DNA from: a virus | DNA length: 64,000 bases | Reading direction: 5' to 3' (one strand) | IMG/VR virus record: IMGVR_UViG_3300030110_003594 | Location: 55,869-119,868 of that record | In this document: positions 1-10,907 of the stretch, piece by piece | Layout of the letters: the number at the start of each line of letters is the position of its first letter | Numbering within the stretch: position 1 is the first letter of the stretch | The notes under the pieces: generated by a model | Databases searched by the model: none | What the model was told of the DNA's origin: nothing | The model's input: the letters and a program-made list of their open reading frames with translations, nothing else | Program-made: the position numbers and the translations under genes

Positions 1-2051
1 GCTCCTTTTGTAGGTCTGTATCTTGATTCCTGTATACTATTATATGGTTGTTCAAAATTTAACATCATATTAAGAAGATCTATTCTTTCTTTATATGATA
101 CTTCTAATCCTTTATTTATATCTGGATTTGATTTCAATGCTTCATCTATATTAGCTCTTTTTTGTTCTAGATTACCATAAAGACCTGCTTCTATAACTCT
201 ATTAAAGAAATTATCATAATCATGTGGACTAATATTTTCTGCAATATTCTTTTTCATTTCATCTCTTAGCCAAGCAATCATACTAGGACCACCCATTGCA
301 GGAGTCAATATTTTATTAAGCGGGTGTTTAGGATTAATCGTTTCATTTGCATGATCATGTATTTGCCATACAGGACTTACAACATTTTTAATACCTTCAT
401 ATATTTTTTTAGCGTTTCCTTTTTCTTCTCCTCCTTCTTTCTTTTCAAATACATATCTTCCTTCATCATCTATTGTATAATACATTCTATTATATAATGA
501 TGCTGGTTGTACTCCTAATATATTTTCTTGTGCAAAATCAGAAAGTTTTTCCTTCCAACCTCCTTCATATTGATATGGAGATAAATCCCATTTATCATAG
601 TAACTAATGTATTTACCTTTTTTATCTTCTCCTTGATTTAAAGTAAAGTTACCTAAAACGGAACCATAAAATCCACCAGACTGACCAGTTCCCTCTTCTT
701 CATTTCCAGCTGTTGTTAAAAAAGTTTCAAAATCAGGAAACTCAACCCAGCTATAATTATCCTCTATTTGTTTTTTTGTTTCCTTTTCCCATTTTTTATA
801 ATTACTACTATTTACAAAATCTTTGTGTTCTTGTATATCTTTATAGTATATGTACTTATCTGGCTCATCTTCTGCTTTATATTTTAATGTTGTTGCTTGT
901 TTACCATTCCACATATATGGATCATTCTCTGGATCATTGCTTTTCTTAAGATCAATTAGCCTATAAAAAAGCTCATAATCAAATTCCTCTTCTAAATTTT
1001 CTTCCCAAGCTTTATCTATATCTTCTGGATCACCCCGCTCATCTAACAAATAATCCCTATACCAAATGTCTTTTTCAGTTTTTCCTATCCTATTAATATT
1101 TTCTTCAATTTCCTGTTCAGTGTATGGTGAGGAATAATATATATCTCCTTTGTTATGACCTTGAGTAGGAACGTATGTAGTTTGTTGTGGTATTGAATTA
1201 CCTTCTTGATCAAGACCCATTAACAAATGTAATAAATCTCTTCTTTCACCAGTTGCATCTTCACCTATATCTCCAAAATCATATTTTTTATCTTCTTTGG
1301 TAAAAATAGCATCATAAAGTCTATCATATGCATCTTCATATCCCCATGGATCTATATTATCTGCTATTTTATTTTTTACCCAATCCACACCTTTATCAAC
1401 TAGATAACTAGTAGTAGGCATAAGAGGACCTAGTAAATTTATCATGCCTAATCCATCCTGTGCTTTTGGTAGTGAACCTCCATCTTTAAATCTATGTTGT
1501 AAAGATATTTTAGGTTTAAATTGTAATGGTAGTTTTTGTACATTTTGATTTACAAAATATTCATGAGGATCATTTAAGATTGGTGAACCAATATTTAAAG
1601 CTAGATCTGTATTTCCAAAATTCTGTCTAATACCTAAATCAAACGCACCTTTAAATATAGGATCATTATCCATTGGTAAAATACCAGTTGCATTAAACTG
1701 TGTACCTGTTGGAAAAGTATATCCTGCACCACCTATCAATTGATTTTCTGCAGGATTATGATGTAAGAATGCACCAATATTTTTTCTTTGTCCTGGATCC
1801 CAACTAAAAGTATTTTTTAATGGTATCTCTTTAACTTTTGTTGTACCCATATTATGTATACCAGAATTAGGAGGTAATAATCTACCATTAGCTAATAATG
1901 GAATACTAACATTTGTCATATCTATTTCACCTGTTGGTGTATCAATATCTATGTAAGGTCTACTCTTAAAAGGAGAATCATCCCTATATCCAAACTTTGA
2001 TATAAGTTCATTACTTGAAGGTATTTTATATTTTATTTTTGGTTCACTCAT
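1..2051 (-). CDS. Large virion cargo/ejection-type protein, truncated by window edge (MSEPKIKYKIPSSNELISKFGYRDDSPF...)
   Basis: Not in the ORF track because it has no stop inside the window. ATG at 2049-2051 overlaps the upstream TAA (TAATG). The frame was open wherever I checked. Contains FKDGGSLPKAQDG and KKEGG motifs. Position after the muzzle gene matches crAss cargo proteins. Confidence 0.7.
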   Translation of the reverse strand, partial: MSEPKIKYKIPSSNELISKFGYRDDSPFKSRPYIDIDTPTGEIDMTNVSIPLLANGRLLPPNSGIHNMGTTKVKEIPLKNTFSWDPGQRKNIGAFLHHNPAENQLIGGAGYTFPTGTQFNATGILPMDNDPIFKGAFDLGIRQNFGNTDLALNIGSPILNDPHEYFVNQNVQKLPLQFKPKISLQHRFKDGGSLPKAQDGLGMINLLGPLMPTTSYLVDKGVDWVKNKIADNIDPWGYEDAYDRLYDAIFTKEDKKYDFGDIGEDATGERRDLLHLLMGLDQEGNSIPQQTTYVPTQGHNKGDIYYSSPYTEQEIEENINRIGKTEKDIWYRDYLLDERGDPEDIDKAWEENLEEEFDYELFYRLIDLKKSNDPENDPYMWNGKQATTLKYKAEDEPDKYIYYKDIQEHKDFVNSSNYKKWEKETKKQIEDNYSWVEFPDFETFLTTAGNEEEGTGQSGGFYGSVLGNFTLNQGEDKKGKYISYYDKWDLSPYQYEGGWKEKLSDFAQENILGVQPASLYNRMYYTIDDEGRYVFEKKEGGEEKGNAKKIYEGIKNVVSPVWQIHDHANETINPKHPLNKILTPAMGGPSMIAWLRDEMKKNIAENISPHDYDNFFNRVIEAGLYGNLEQKRANIDEALKSNPDINKGLEVSYKERIDLLNMMLNFEQPYNSIQESRYRPTKG

Positions 2052-5000
2052 TATCTAAAAGATGCATTAATTTTTGTATTAGCTAATTTTAATATCATTT
2101 TTCTATCAGCAGATATATTTTTTCTAAGTATAACTTTATTCCAGTAATGTCTAAATTTCTTACGTTGTAGCTCTGGTTTATTATAATCTAAGTTTGCTTG
2201 ATTTAAATCTTTTATATAACCATTTAATTGTGTTATAAATATTGGCAGATTCCAGTTAGGATCAAACTCACCTCTATCTCTTGTAATATCCCAGAACTGA
2301 TTAAATCTATATTTCTGTTCTACTTTACTATATAGTATTCTTATCTCATTACCTGTAATAAAAGGGAATTGTGTAATTAAAGGTACATTGTTTTTAGGAT
2401 CTAGTGTTAATGCAAGTTCCCCTGATACTTGTTCAGTGTTGTGTATTATTGCATGATCAAAATTCCAATCTAAATCATGGAATCTATCACCACAATTATC
2501 ATCTAAGTTTCCTCTATAGATATAAGATTCTAATTGATACTCTACACTTCTAATTGTATTAACAGTTTGACCTACAGCTTCAACCCATTCTATTTCCCAT
2601 GGATAATTTTCTCCATAATAGTTTGCATATAAATCACATCTATCATTATGTTTCCATATACCACCTTTTGTAAATGTTCCATCTAAACAACATTCATAAT
2701 CATAATGACACATTTTAGGATTAGAGTTAACCCATAAAGGATCTCCAACACCTGTGGTTGTATTATACCATTTTGCTATACCATTCATAATATCTGAAGG
2801 ACATATTCCTGTTGTTGTTACAGGTATTGATGGAAATGGTAATTGAGTTGGATCACATTCACATTCCATTTTTCTACATACACCATTTTTACCCTCAACT
2901 ACACAACTTTCATTTAATCCTAAAACTTGATGAGGAGGTGCTGTACCATCTGTTAATTGAGTTATTCTTTCGTATCCTGCAGGACATGAACATACTGGAG
3001 GTAATGTACATAAATTATTAGCTAATGTAGTTGCAAAATCAGTAACAGTAGCTGGAGTTAAACTTAAGTTTTGATAATTTGTATCACCAGCTGTTACTAT
3101 ATCAAAATCAGCCTGATTAGCAGTTCCAGTTGGATGACAATATAATCCCCAGCTTTCTGAAGAAATAGTTGCTAATCCTGCAGTCTCAGCTGCATTAGCA
3201 TAACCAACATTAAAACCAGGATTATTTGGATTTCCACTTGCATCATTATTAGGAAAGCTTGAAGGCATAGCTCCTTGTAAAGATTGATAATATTGAGAAG
3301 CGTGAGCTCCACCACCATTATCACCACCATCTGCCATTATAATACAAATACGTTTATAAGCTGAATGATCTGTTCTATCTCCTAAAGTAGAATTAAGTAC
3401 ACCAGATAACTGTTGTTGTGCATCATCAAATGCACAAAAGAAACCAGTAGTACCACCATCACCTGGTATATAATCACTTCCCCAAGTTGTTGAAACTGTA
3501 TAATTAGACATATTTACTTCACCCTCAAGTACCCCTCCTGATCCATCTGGAGATGGTGTATGGTTATAATAATCACCACAACTATCCCATGAAGCTAATC
3601 CTATTTGAACATCTCCACTATCCATATCAGTTTTAAATGCCAATACAAAATCATCAACAAAACTTCTAAAATGGTGTAGAAAATCTTCTGTAGAACCTGA
3701 TTTATCAATAGCAAGTACAATATCTAATTGACAATCAAGTTGCTCTATATAAAATTCAACAGGTACTTCATCAACAATTACATCTGCTTCATAACTACCT
3801 TGAAATACTTGACAACATGTTTGTGTTGATGGATTCCAAGTAAAGCCAGGAGGACAATTTGGTTCAGCCTCAAGATCTTCATAACTATTAGTTGTGAAGA
3901 AATGATTTAAACTTGGTATCATTAATTCAGGATGCCAATCGTGGAATGACATCCAAGCTTCATATTTAGGATCATAACTTATTGTCCATGATACATCTTC
4001 AAAATATGTTTCATCTTGTAATGAAACTGGCGTTGTATTATCTAACATTTCAACAGGAGCATATTCTCTACATTCACACATATATTGTCCAGCAGAATTT
4101 GTTATTAAATCACATGTAGGATCTGCACATGAATATGTTGGTGGAGGTGTTACATCATCTATTATTTCAGTTGCTACAGCTATTATATCTGCAACATCTG
4201 CAAAAGCTCCTCCATATGCATTACCAGAATTTGCAAATTCTTCACCATAATTTAAATGTAGATTTGTTGGAGCATTACCACCTGGATCAACAACAACTGA
4301 ATAACTTTTTTGAGCATATGGTGCATTCATATAATCAGGATTATTTAATACATTAGTATTAAACCATGTACATTCATAATCACCTACACTCCAAGTAGTA
4401 GTTGTAGTTGGATCACCTGGCCAAACAACATCAGGAGTTAATGGACTTACACTCATTCCTTTGTATATATCAGTACCTGTAATACCAGCTTCACTATATG
4501 AACTACTTACATAAGATATACCTGGACCTCCGTTTGCTTGTAATATTGAAATACTACCTTCAGCTACTTGACCTCCATCAAATAATGAAATTAAAACTTT
4601 AGGAACTGATCTAGAACCTGTTCCATATAATAAATTTTGTCCATTCCATACTCCTCCTAATATATCTGTTCCATAAGGATTGTCATCACCTTGACCTAAA
4701 CCTGTAGAAGTTGATACTCCTCTATCTGCTGCTATTCCATATGTAGATGTTACATCAGGTTGATAACCTGTATTAGCACCATTCCAATCAAATGTTATTC
4801 CTGGTGTACCAACCCATTGATTAATAAGTGTCATATCACTAGTTAATTCTTGTTGTTCTCCCCAATTCATAAAAGTATCCGGAGAAGAACAATCTGGACA
4901 ATTACCTGGATTGTTACAATCTGCTGATGTTTGACCATGATCTGACATTGGAATATCTGAACATCTACCACCACCAAAATGAGTTAATCCAATTCTAATG

Positions 5001-8000
5001 TTTCCACTTCCTATTTGAGTTGCTAATTGGTCAATCATTACTTTTATAAAATTCTGCATATTACCAATATTATTATTGCTATCTACAGAATTTGATGCAT
5101 CAACTACAAATACAATATCTACTTGACCACCTTCTTGATCTTCTATTGCAGGATATAAATTTATTTTTTCACACTCTTCACCAACAGGATTTCCAGGATT
5201 ATATGTAAATCCATCTGGACAACAAGGAGTTGCAGGAACATTATTACAAGCCGTATTATTATAAACAAATCCTTCACATGGAACAAAATCTATACATTCT
5301 GGTAATATACAATTATAATCTTTTTTACTAAAATATATTAAATCATAATTTGGATCATATACTGATTGACATCCAATTCCTGCAACAGGATTATCTACCC
5401 AGTTATTACAACCTTCCATTCCAGGATATTGGTTTAAAAGAAAAGATGGTAAGTATTTATTAAACCATTGTTTCATTCCTTTATTAGCAATATTTTCTAA
5501 AGATTGTCCATTATATTTAAATACTTTTCCTTGAGCTTGAGATATATAAAATAATCCAGATGGTGTATTAATAACACTTCTTGCACTTTCACATGATCCA
5601 TATTCATATGATATATCTGTATTTACTACATTTTGCATAGGTTGACTAAATAAACCACCATCACCTATTGTAAGTTTAGTTCCTAGATCTGTTTGTAATT
5701 GATCTACTCCTTGCCACATTGCTGGTGCAAGGTTTGGAAATAATATCATTGCACCACTTTTAGATACTGGTTTAATTACATTAACTCTATTTTTAAAGTC
5801 TTTATAATTTAACGGTAAGAACACTCTCCAAAAATCTTTTTTAGCTTCAAGTTGTGCTTGTAATGAATATATAAGTCTTTTAGGATAATGCCTATAACAT
5901 TTTTCTGATACTAATGGATCATAATCTTTTGGTTGAATAAATCCAAAAGATATTAATTGACTAAAAAATCTACCTTTACTTAATGAAGAATCATATTTAT
6001 AAAAATTATCTTTTCTTATAATATCAGCATCAAATAATGCTTCTACATCTGTATACTCTAACCAATCATAATGTCTTTTTTCATCTACATCTTCCCAATC
6101 TCTTAATGCTACATTAATAGTTGATTCAACAAAAAACTCATTAACACCATTACAATGAGTATACATATATCCATTTTTAATATGAAATATAGAACTACTT
6201 CCTGTAGGCATATTAGGTGCAACTTGATTAGGAGCAGCAGTATTAACTGGTCCACTTGCTGTTGCATCTTCATCTTCACTACTTGAAGAACCAGATGAAG
6301 AACCTCCATCATCATCAGCTAAATCACCACCCGGTCTATCTAAAAAATATAAACCGCTAGGCATAGCTCCTGCTAATCCACCAGGAGTTGAACCTGTTAA
6401 AAAACTAAGATTTGTTATTTGTCTTACCATTTCTGATAATTCAAATTTCTTAGTATCCATCCAATAGATAGGACGTGGAACATTAGATCTTAATTTATAA
6501 TCATATGCAAACATATCTGGTTGACCTTTTAGAAAGTCCCAGAAGAATGGCATTATTACTTTTTCTGAATATCTATTTAAATAACAATCTCCTCCATATA
6601 TTGTAGGAGTTGTAAATCTATTAGCATTATTTATTTCACTTCCTGTTAACGGATCTGTTATAATTTCATATGTCCATGGTATAATTTCTCCACTTGAATT
6701 ATATCTTCTTTGATCTTCAAAATATGATATACATCCTGAAGGAACTTGTTTTATTTGATCTAATTGACCATACTGATTTTTAAATGCAACTTTTAATGCA
6801 GTATAATGTGCAGCTATATTTGCTTGTCTATATTGTCCAGGATTCCACCATCCACTAAAGTTACCTATAATAAATTTAGAGTTATCCATTTCTCCAACAG
6901 GTGCTGGAAAATCTGCTTCTCCAGTTGTAATTGTATTTATACAAACTGTCTTAGGTCTTTGTAAATTATTAACTCTTACATTTGCTGTTAAATTTTGCAT
7001 TGATGAACCAACATATCTAGCTTTATTAACTAATTGTCTAAATGGTGACCATCCGTCTCTTTGTTGTGTTGCCCAATATAATCCATGCCCACTATATTTC
7101 CATGCATAATCTTGCATGCTAACTAAATTATATATCATATCTATTACTACTTGTCCACCTTCTGCTGTAAATGACATAAATTGATACAAACCAAATACAA
7201 GTTGTGCTAATGATGGAAGAGCTTCAAATCTAGCTCCTTCAAATTCTACTGATGTATTTGGACCAACATGTCCAGCTGTTGCTGCTGCAGCTGCATTTTC
7301 TTCTGTTGCAAATAAAGGTTCATAGAAAAATCTTTGTGCCATCTTTGGTGCACCTACAACTGTTGATGCACTCAATACACTTTCATTAGCATTCATTCCT
7401 GCAAGTGTAGCTAAATTACCTGTTAACATAAGACCAGCATTAGCTGCTGCTGCAGCAGTAACTGCCCCAAATCCAGGAGCCATACCTGTAAGTGTTGGTT
7501 CAGGAATTTGAATTACTTCATTTGCAGTAACAAGAGTATAAATATATTCTGCTGCAGTTGCAAAAATAACACTACCTTCAAGATATGTTACAGCACCAGT
7601 AATACCTCCAAGATGCGTGTCTAAACTATATGGACCTCCTTCTCGTCCTATTGATAATGATCTTGCTCCATCCATTTTGGTATTACGTTTACCACGCATT
7701 TCTCCAATAGCATAACCAGCACCTACAAATATTGCAATCCACATACATACATTTCTAAGAAGTTTATTTTGTGGATGTTTTTCAGATGGTTTAAATCTAC
7801 CTAAAGAAGTACCTGTAACCATTCCATATGTTTTTAATTCATACGGAGATAAGAAAGGTTTATTAAAGGATGTTTCTGGTGAATGAAAAGTAAATAAATT
7901 TGTTGCTGTATATCCTGCAGAATATGGAGTATCAGCTTGTCTATTACCGTTAGCAACATATGAAAAAGTATTACTACCTGATAAATAAGGATCTGAATTA

Positions 8001-9985
8001 CAATCATTAAAAGGATAATTTGGTATAAATCCTTGTGTTCCTACAGTTTCATGACCTTGTGCGTTAGGAGGTAAATCATATCTTCTCATGTTTCTTGCTA
8101 AACCTTTTGCTATAATAGATTTATTACCTTCTCTTGAGCCAATTAATATTTCATATCCTACTATATTTGGAATAAGATTTCCTGTTGGTCTTCCATCTTC
8201 TGGGCCGCACTCTTCATCTGTTGATGCATTAAATCTTGGCCATGAAATATTCATAAATTTAACACCTAATACATTTATAAATTGATTTGGATTACCATCT
8301 GCATCTCCAGAACTTCTATCAAGATAATGATTATTTGATACTGTAACATCTGAATCTCCATCAATTAATTCTGTCCATGCTGTTGATTCATCAGGAAATT
8401 TATGATGTCTTATTGGTTTACCACAAAGATCATGGTCTGGACTACCTGTGTTTGAATTCCATCTTGTAGGATCTTGAGGGTATCTTTCTGTAGATTCCCA
8501 ATATCCCATATGACCTTCTCTAACAACTATTCCTCCATCTTCTGTTCGTTCAGCATCTTCAATATCAATATTCCAACCATTATCAGCAGTGTTGTGAACT
8601 TCAAATAATCTATCACCTTCATACGGTCCTATTTCACCATTTTGTACCCATGCTGCTGTACCTAAATCATTATTGCCAGGCCAAGGGTCTAATACATTAG
8701 GATTTGCTCCTGCACCATCTTGTATACCTGACCAGTTATAAGGAGCTCTTCCTGGAATATGATATGATGAAGATTTTTCACCTGTATTATAAACAAACCT
8801 AATAAAGAAAGAATAAACTTCATCTCTCATAAATGTAGGTTTATTTCCTCCTTTTGCATAGTAATCAGATGGAAATTGTGTAACAGTCCAATGTGTATGA
8901 ATCTGATTAGCTAAAGGTTGATAATTAAAATCAAATTGTTCAGTTGGACCTTGCCTTACTAAATAATCATTAACAACATACATTTTATCTGTTCTTTCAT
9001 ATGCTGGTGTTGTTATTGGTAATGACTCAACTGGAATTGTTTTTAATTTTTGATTTATATAATCAATATTTATATGTGTTTGTTCTGTACTATAAAAACC
9101 TAATTGTTTTGCTTGCTGTTCACCTTGATTAAAACTACAAACTACCAATTGATAATATTCAAAATTTTTATCTAAATTACTTATATTAACATCTAATCCT
9201 GATAACATGTCTTCATGATCAAATAATGGTTGTACATTTGACATACCATAATAATCACCAACTACTTGATCATTTATAACATATGCAATAAATATTTGAT
9301 ATGATCCATTTCTTAATTGTCCACCATCTGGTGATTTAGATAATTTAATACATGGAATATCAACTAATGGTGCTAATCTTATTCTTTCACAGTCAAGACA
9401 TAATGGTTGTATATCTTCATAAATTACACAATCAGCACCTTCATCTGAAATAACTTTTCTATGCCAAGGTATATTATCTAAATTTAAAGTTCTAGATGGA
9501 TTTACAGCGTCATCCCAATATATCTGCCAAGTACAATCAAAGTTTTCTTTTGCTGCTCCTGTTATTAAATGTTGTGTATTAAAGTTTAAACAAGGTGTAT
9601 ATACTGGAGTTGAATTTGGAAATTGATCTGAACATTGATAACAACTATAATCATTTACCAATGTTTCATATTTACATTCACTATCATCCCATGTACCTAT
9701 TTCACTTTGTTCATTATTAGTTGAAAATAAAACCCATTTATCTCCATATAAATGAATAGCTCCAATAATTGTAAAAGGTGCTGAAGAACATTGTTTATTT
9801 GCTGGTTCATTTCCTAATGTACCTATATCACCATCTTTAGAATTATTAATAGCATTTCTAGCATGAGTCCATTGATCCTTTCCTACTAAACTAGCATTGG
9901 GATCAGTGGTCATCCCTTTAACAAATATATCCGTATCTATATTTGTAGTATTTTGAGGTTGTGGTGTATTCTGCTTTTCAGCCAT
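2051..9985 (-). CDS. Tail muzzle/stabilization protein (crAss muzzle, P22 gp10-like) with two inserted vWA domains
   Basis: 2644 aa. crAss-type segments (FMRDEVYSFFIRF, SWTISYDP, WMSFHDWHP, GIWKHN). MIDAS motifs DASNS and DKSGS. Follows the ring genes. Confidence 0.75.
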   Translation of the reverse strand: MAEKQNTPQPQNTTNIDTDIFVKGMTTDPNASLVGKDQWTHARNAINNSKDGDIGTLGNEPANKQCSSAPFTIIGAIHLYGDKWVLFSTNNEQSEIGTWDDSECKYETLVNDYSCYQCSDQFPNSTPVYTPCLNFNTQHLITGAAKENFDCTWQIYWDDAVNPSRTLNLDNIPWHRKVISDEGADCVIYEDIQPLCLDCERIRLAPLVDIPCIKLSKSPDGGQLRNGSYQIFIAYVINDQVVGDYYGMSNVQPLFDHEDMLSGLDVNISNLDKNFEYYQLVVCSFNQGEQQAKQLGFYSTEQTHINIDYINQKLKTIPVESLPITTPAYERTDKMYVVNDYLVRQGPTEQFDFNYQPLANQIHTHWTVTQFPSDYYAKGGNKPTFMRDEVYSFFIRFVYNTGEKSSSYHIPGRAPYNWSGIQDGAGANPNVLDPWPGNNDLGTAAWVQNGEIGPYEGDRLFEVHNTADNGWNIDIEDAERTEDGGIVVREGHMGYWESTERYPQDPTRWNSNTGSPDHDLCGKPIRHHKFPDESTAWTELIDGDSDVTVSNNHYLDRSSGDADGNPNQFINVLGVKFMNISWPRFNASTDEECGPEDGRPTGNLIPNIVGYEILIGSREGNKSIIAKGLARNMRRYDLPPNAQGHETVGTQGFIPNYPFNDCNSDPYLSGSNTFSYVANGNRQADTPYSAGYTATNLFTFHSPETSFNKPFLSPYELKTYGMVTGTSLGRFKPSEKHPQNKLLRNVCMWIAIFVGAGYAIGEMRGKRNTKMDGARSLSIGREGGPYSLDTHLGGITGAVTYLEGSVIFATAAEYIYTLVTANEVIQIPEPTLTGMAPGFGAVTAAAAANAGLMLTGNLATLAGMNANESVLSASTVVGAPKMAQRFFYEPLFATEENAAAAATAGHVGPNTSVEFEGARFEALPSLAQLVFGLYQFMSFTAEGGQVVIDMIYNLVSMQDYAWKYSGHGLYWATQQRDGWSPFRQLVNKARYVGSSMQNLTANVRVNNLQRPKTVCINTITTGEADFPAPVGEMDNSKFIIGNFSGWWNPGQYRQANIAAHYTALKVAFKNQYGQLDQIKQVPSGCISYFEDQRRYNSSGEIIPWTYEIITDPLTGSEINNANRFTTPTIYGGDCYLNRYSEKVIMPFFWDFLKGQPDMFAYDYKLRSNVPRPIYWMDTKKFELSEMVRQITNLSFLTGSTPGGLAGAMPSGLYFLDRPGGDLADDDGGSSSGSSSSEDEDATASGPVNTAAPNQVAPNMPTGSSSIFHIKNGYMYTHCNGVNEFFVESTINVALRDWEDVDEKRHYDWLEYTDVEALFDADIIRKDNFYKYDSSLSKGRFFSQLISFGFIQPKDYDPLVSEKCYRHYPKRLIYSLQAQLEAKKDFWRVFLPLNYKDFKNRVNVIKPVSKSGAMILFPNLAPAMWQGVDQLQTDLGTKLTIGDGGLFSQPMQNVVNTDISYEYGSCESARSVINTPSGLFYISQAQGKVFKYNGQSLENIANKGMKQWFNKYLPSFLLNQYPGMEGCNNWVDNPVAGIGCQSVYDPNYDLIYFSKKDYNCILPECIDFVPCEGFVYNNTACNNVPATPCCPDGFTYNPGNPVGEECEKINLYPAIEDQEGGQVDIVFVVDASNSVDSNNNIGNMQNFIKVMIDQLATQIGSGNIRIGLTHFGGGRCSDIPMSDHGQTSADCNNPGNCPDCSSPDTFMNWGEQQELTSDMTLINQWVGTPGITFDWNGANTGYQPDVTSTYGIAADRGVSTSTGLGQGDDNPYGTDILGGVWNGQNLLYGTGSRSVPKVLISLFDGGQVAEGSISILQANGGPGISYVSSSYSEAGITGTDIYKGMSVSPLTPDVVWPGDPTTTTTWSVGDYECTWFNTNVLNNPDYMNAPYAQKSYSVVVDPGGNAPTNLHLNYGEEFANSGNAYGGAFADVADIIAVATEIIDDVTPPPTYSCADPTCDLITNSAGQYMCECREYAPVEMLDNTTPVSLQDETYFEDVSWTISYDPKYEAWMSFHDWHPELMIPSLNHFFTTNSYEDLEAEPNCPPGFTWNPSTQTCCQVFQGSYEADVIVDEVPVEFYIEQLDCQLDIVLAIDKSGSTEDFLHHFRSFVDDFVLAFKTDMDSGDVQIGLASWDSCGDYYNHTPSPDGSGGVLEGEVNMSNYTVSTTWGSDYIPGDGGTTGFFCAFDDAQQQLSGVLNSTLGDRTDHSAYKRICIIMADGGDNGGGAHASQYYQSLQGAMPSSFPNNDASGNPNNPGFNVGYANAAETAGLATISSESWGLYCHPTGTANQADFDIVTAGDTNYQNLSLTPATVTDFATTLANNLCTLPPVCSCPAGYERITQLTDGTAPPHQVLGLNESCVVEGKNGVCRKMECECDPTQLPFPSIPVTTTGICPSDIMNGIAKWYNTTTGVGDPLWVNSNPKMCHYDYECCLDGTFTKGGIWKHNDRCDLYANYYGENYPWEIEWVEAVGQTVNTIRSVEYQLESYIYRGNLDDNCGDRFHDLDWNFDHAIIHNTEQVSGELALTLDPKNNVPLITQFPFITGNEIRILYSKVEQKYRFNQFWDITRDRGEFDPNWNLPIFITQLNGYIKDLNQANLDYNKPELQRKKFRHYWNKVILRKNISADRKMILKLANTKINASFR

Positions 9986-9998
9986 GGTAAATTATTTT

Positions 9999-10907
9999 TT
10001 AACCTCCCAATGTAGGATGGCTTTTAAACATATTATAGTAATTATGATATTGGGCTCTCCTATTTACTTCCCACATTTTTCTCATTTCTTCAAAGTCAGG
10101 TGTATTAACAAAACCAAGAGCATTATTTCTTGCTGCTCTCAATTTACCTTGAATGAATGATAATTGGTTAGATACGTTTTCACCAGAAAATATCATGTTT
10201 TCTAAAATTCTTTCTTTTAATGCATATTCATAATATTCATTGCAATATGGATGATCTAAAACTAAAAGATTACCCTCATTATCTTCCATAGCACCTTGAT
10301 AACTTATATAAACATTTCCTGTTTTAAAATTTGTTATTAAATAATTATCTCTAATTTCAGCAATATTCATTGATTGAATATTAACATTAGGACAATCACA
10401 TAATACTTTATTTGAATTACTTATTCTTAAAGGCATATAATTTGAATAAGTTCTATATTGTTCAGCTCCTACAAATTGAACTACCATATATTCATCATAT
10501 GTTGTTGTTCCATCTTTTGTTGTAGGACATGTTTGAACAACACAAACATCTTTACATGAATCTGGTGTAAGACATTGATTAGGACCATCTGGATCTGGAA
10601 CATATTTTGTATATGTAGTATCTACAGTTGTACCTGCAGGAGGAGTATTACTAACAGTATATGATCCACAGCAAAAAGCATAATTTAATGTATAAAAATC
10701 TTCTGGTAATTGACCTTTACTATGTTCAATATCTATGACAGTTTCTTTTGTTCTATTTATTCTAAGACCTAAATCATAGTTTACTCTTGTAGCAACCTTA
10801 ATTAATTGTTGAGGTTCAATCATACCTTCTAATGCTTGAGTTGAAAAATCAACTGATACATCTTCAAGTAATTGATTAAATGTTCTATATTTATGTGATA
10901 CTGCCAT
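9999..10907 (-). CDS. Tail ring/tubular protein
   Basis: 302 aa directly upstream of the muzzle gene. The ISYQG...DNEGNLLVLDHPY segment resembles crAss tail tubular proteins. Confidence 0.6.
   Translation of the reverse strand: MAVSHKYRTFNQLLEDVSVDFSTQALEGMIEPQQLIKVATRVNYDLGLRINRTKETVIDIEHSKGQLPEDFYTLNYAFCCGSYTVSNTPPAGTTVDTTYTKYVPDPDGPNQCLTPDSCKDVCVVQTCPTTKDGTTTYDEYMVVQFVGAEQYRTYSNYMPLRISNSNKVLCDCPNVNIQSMNIAEIRDNYLITNFKTGNVYISYQGAMEDNEGNLLVLDHPYCNEYYEYALKERILENMIFSGENVSNQLSFIQGKLRAARNNALGFVNTPDFEEMRKMWEVNRRAQYHNYYNMFKSHPTLGG

Noticed and set aside
6260-6325. Ser/Gly/Asp low-complexity stretch in the muzzle gene
   Set aside because: An ordinary flexible linker with no DNA-level tandem repeat.
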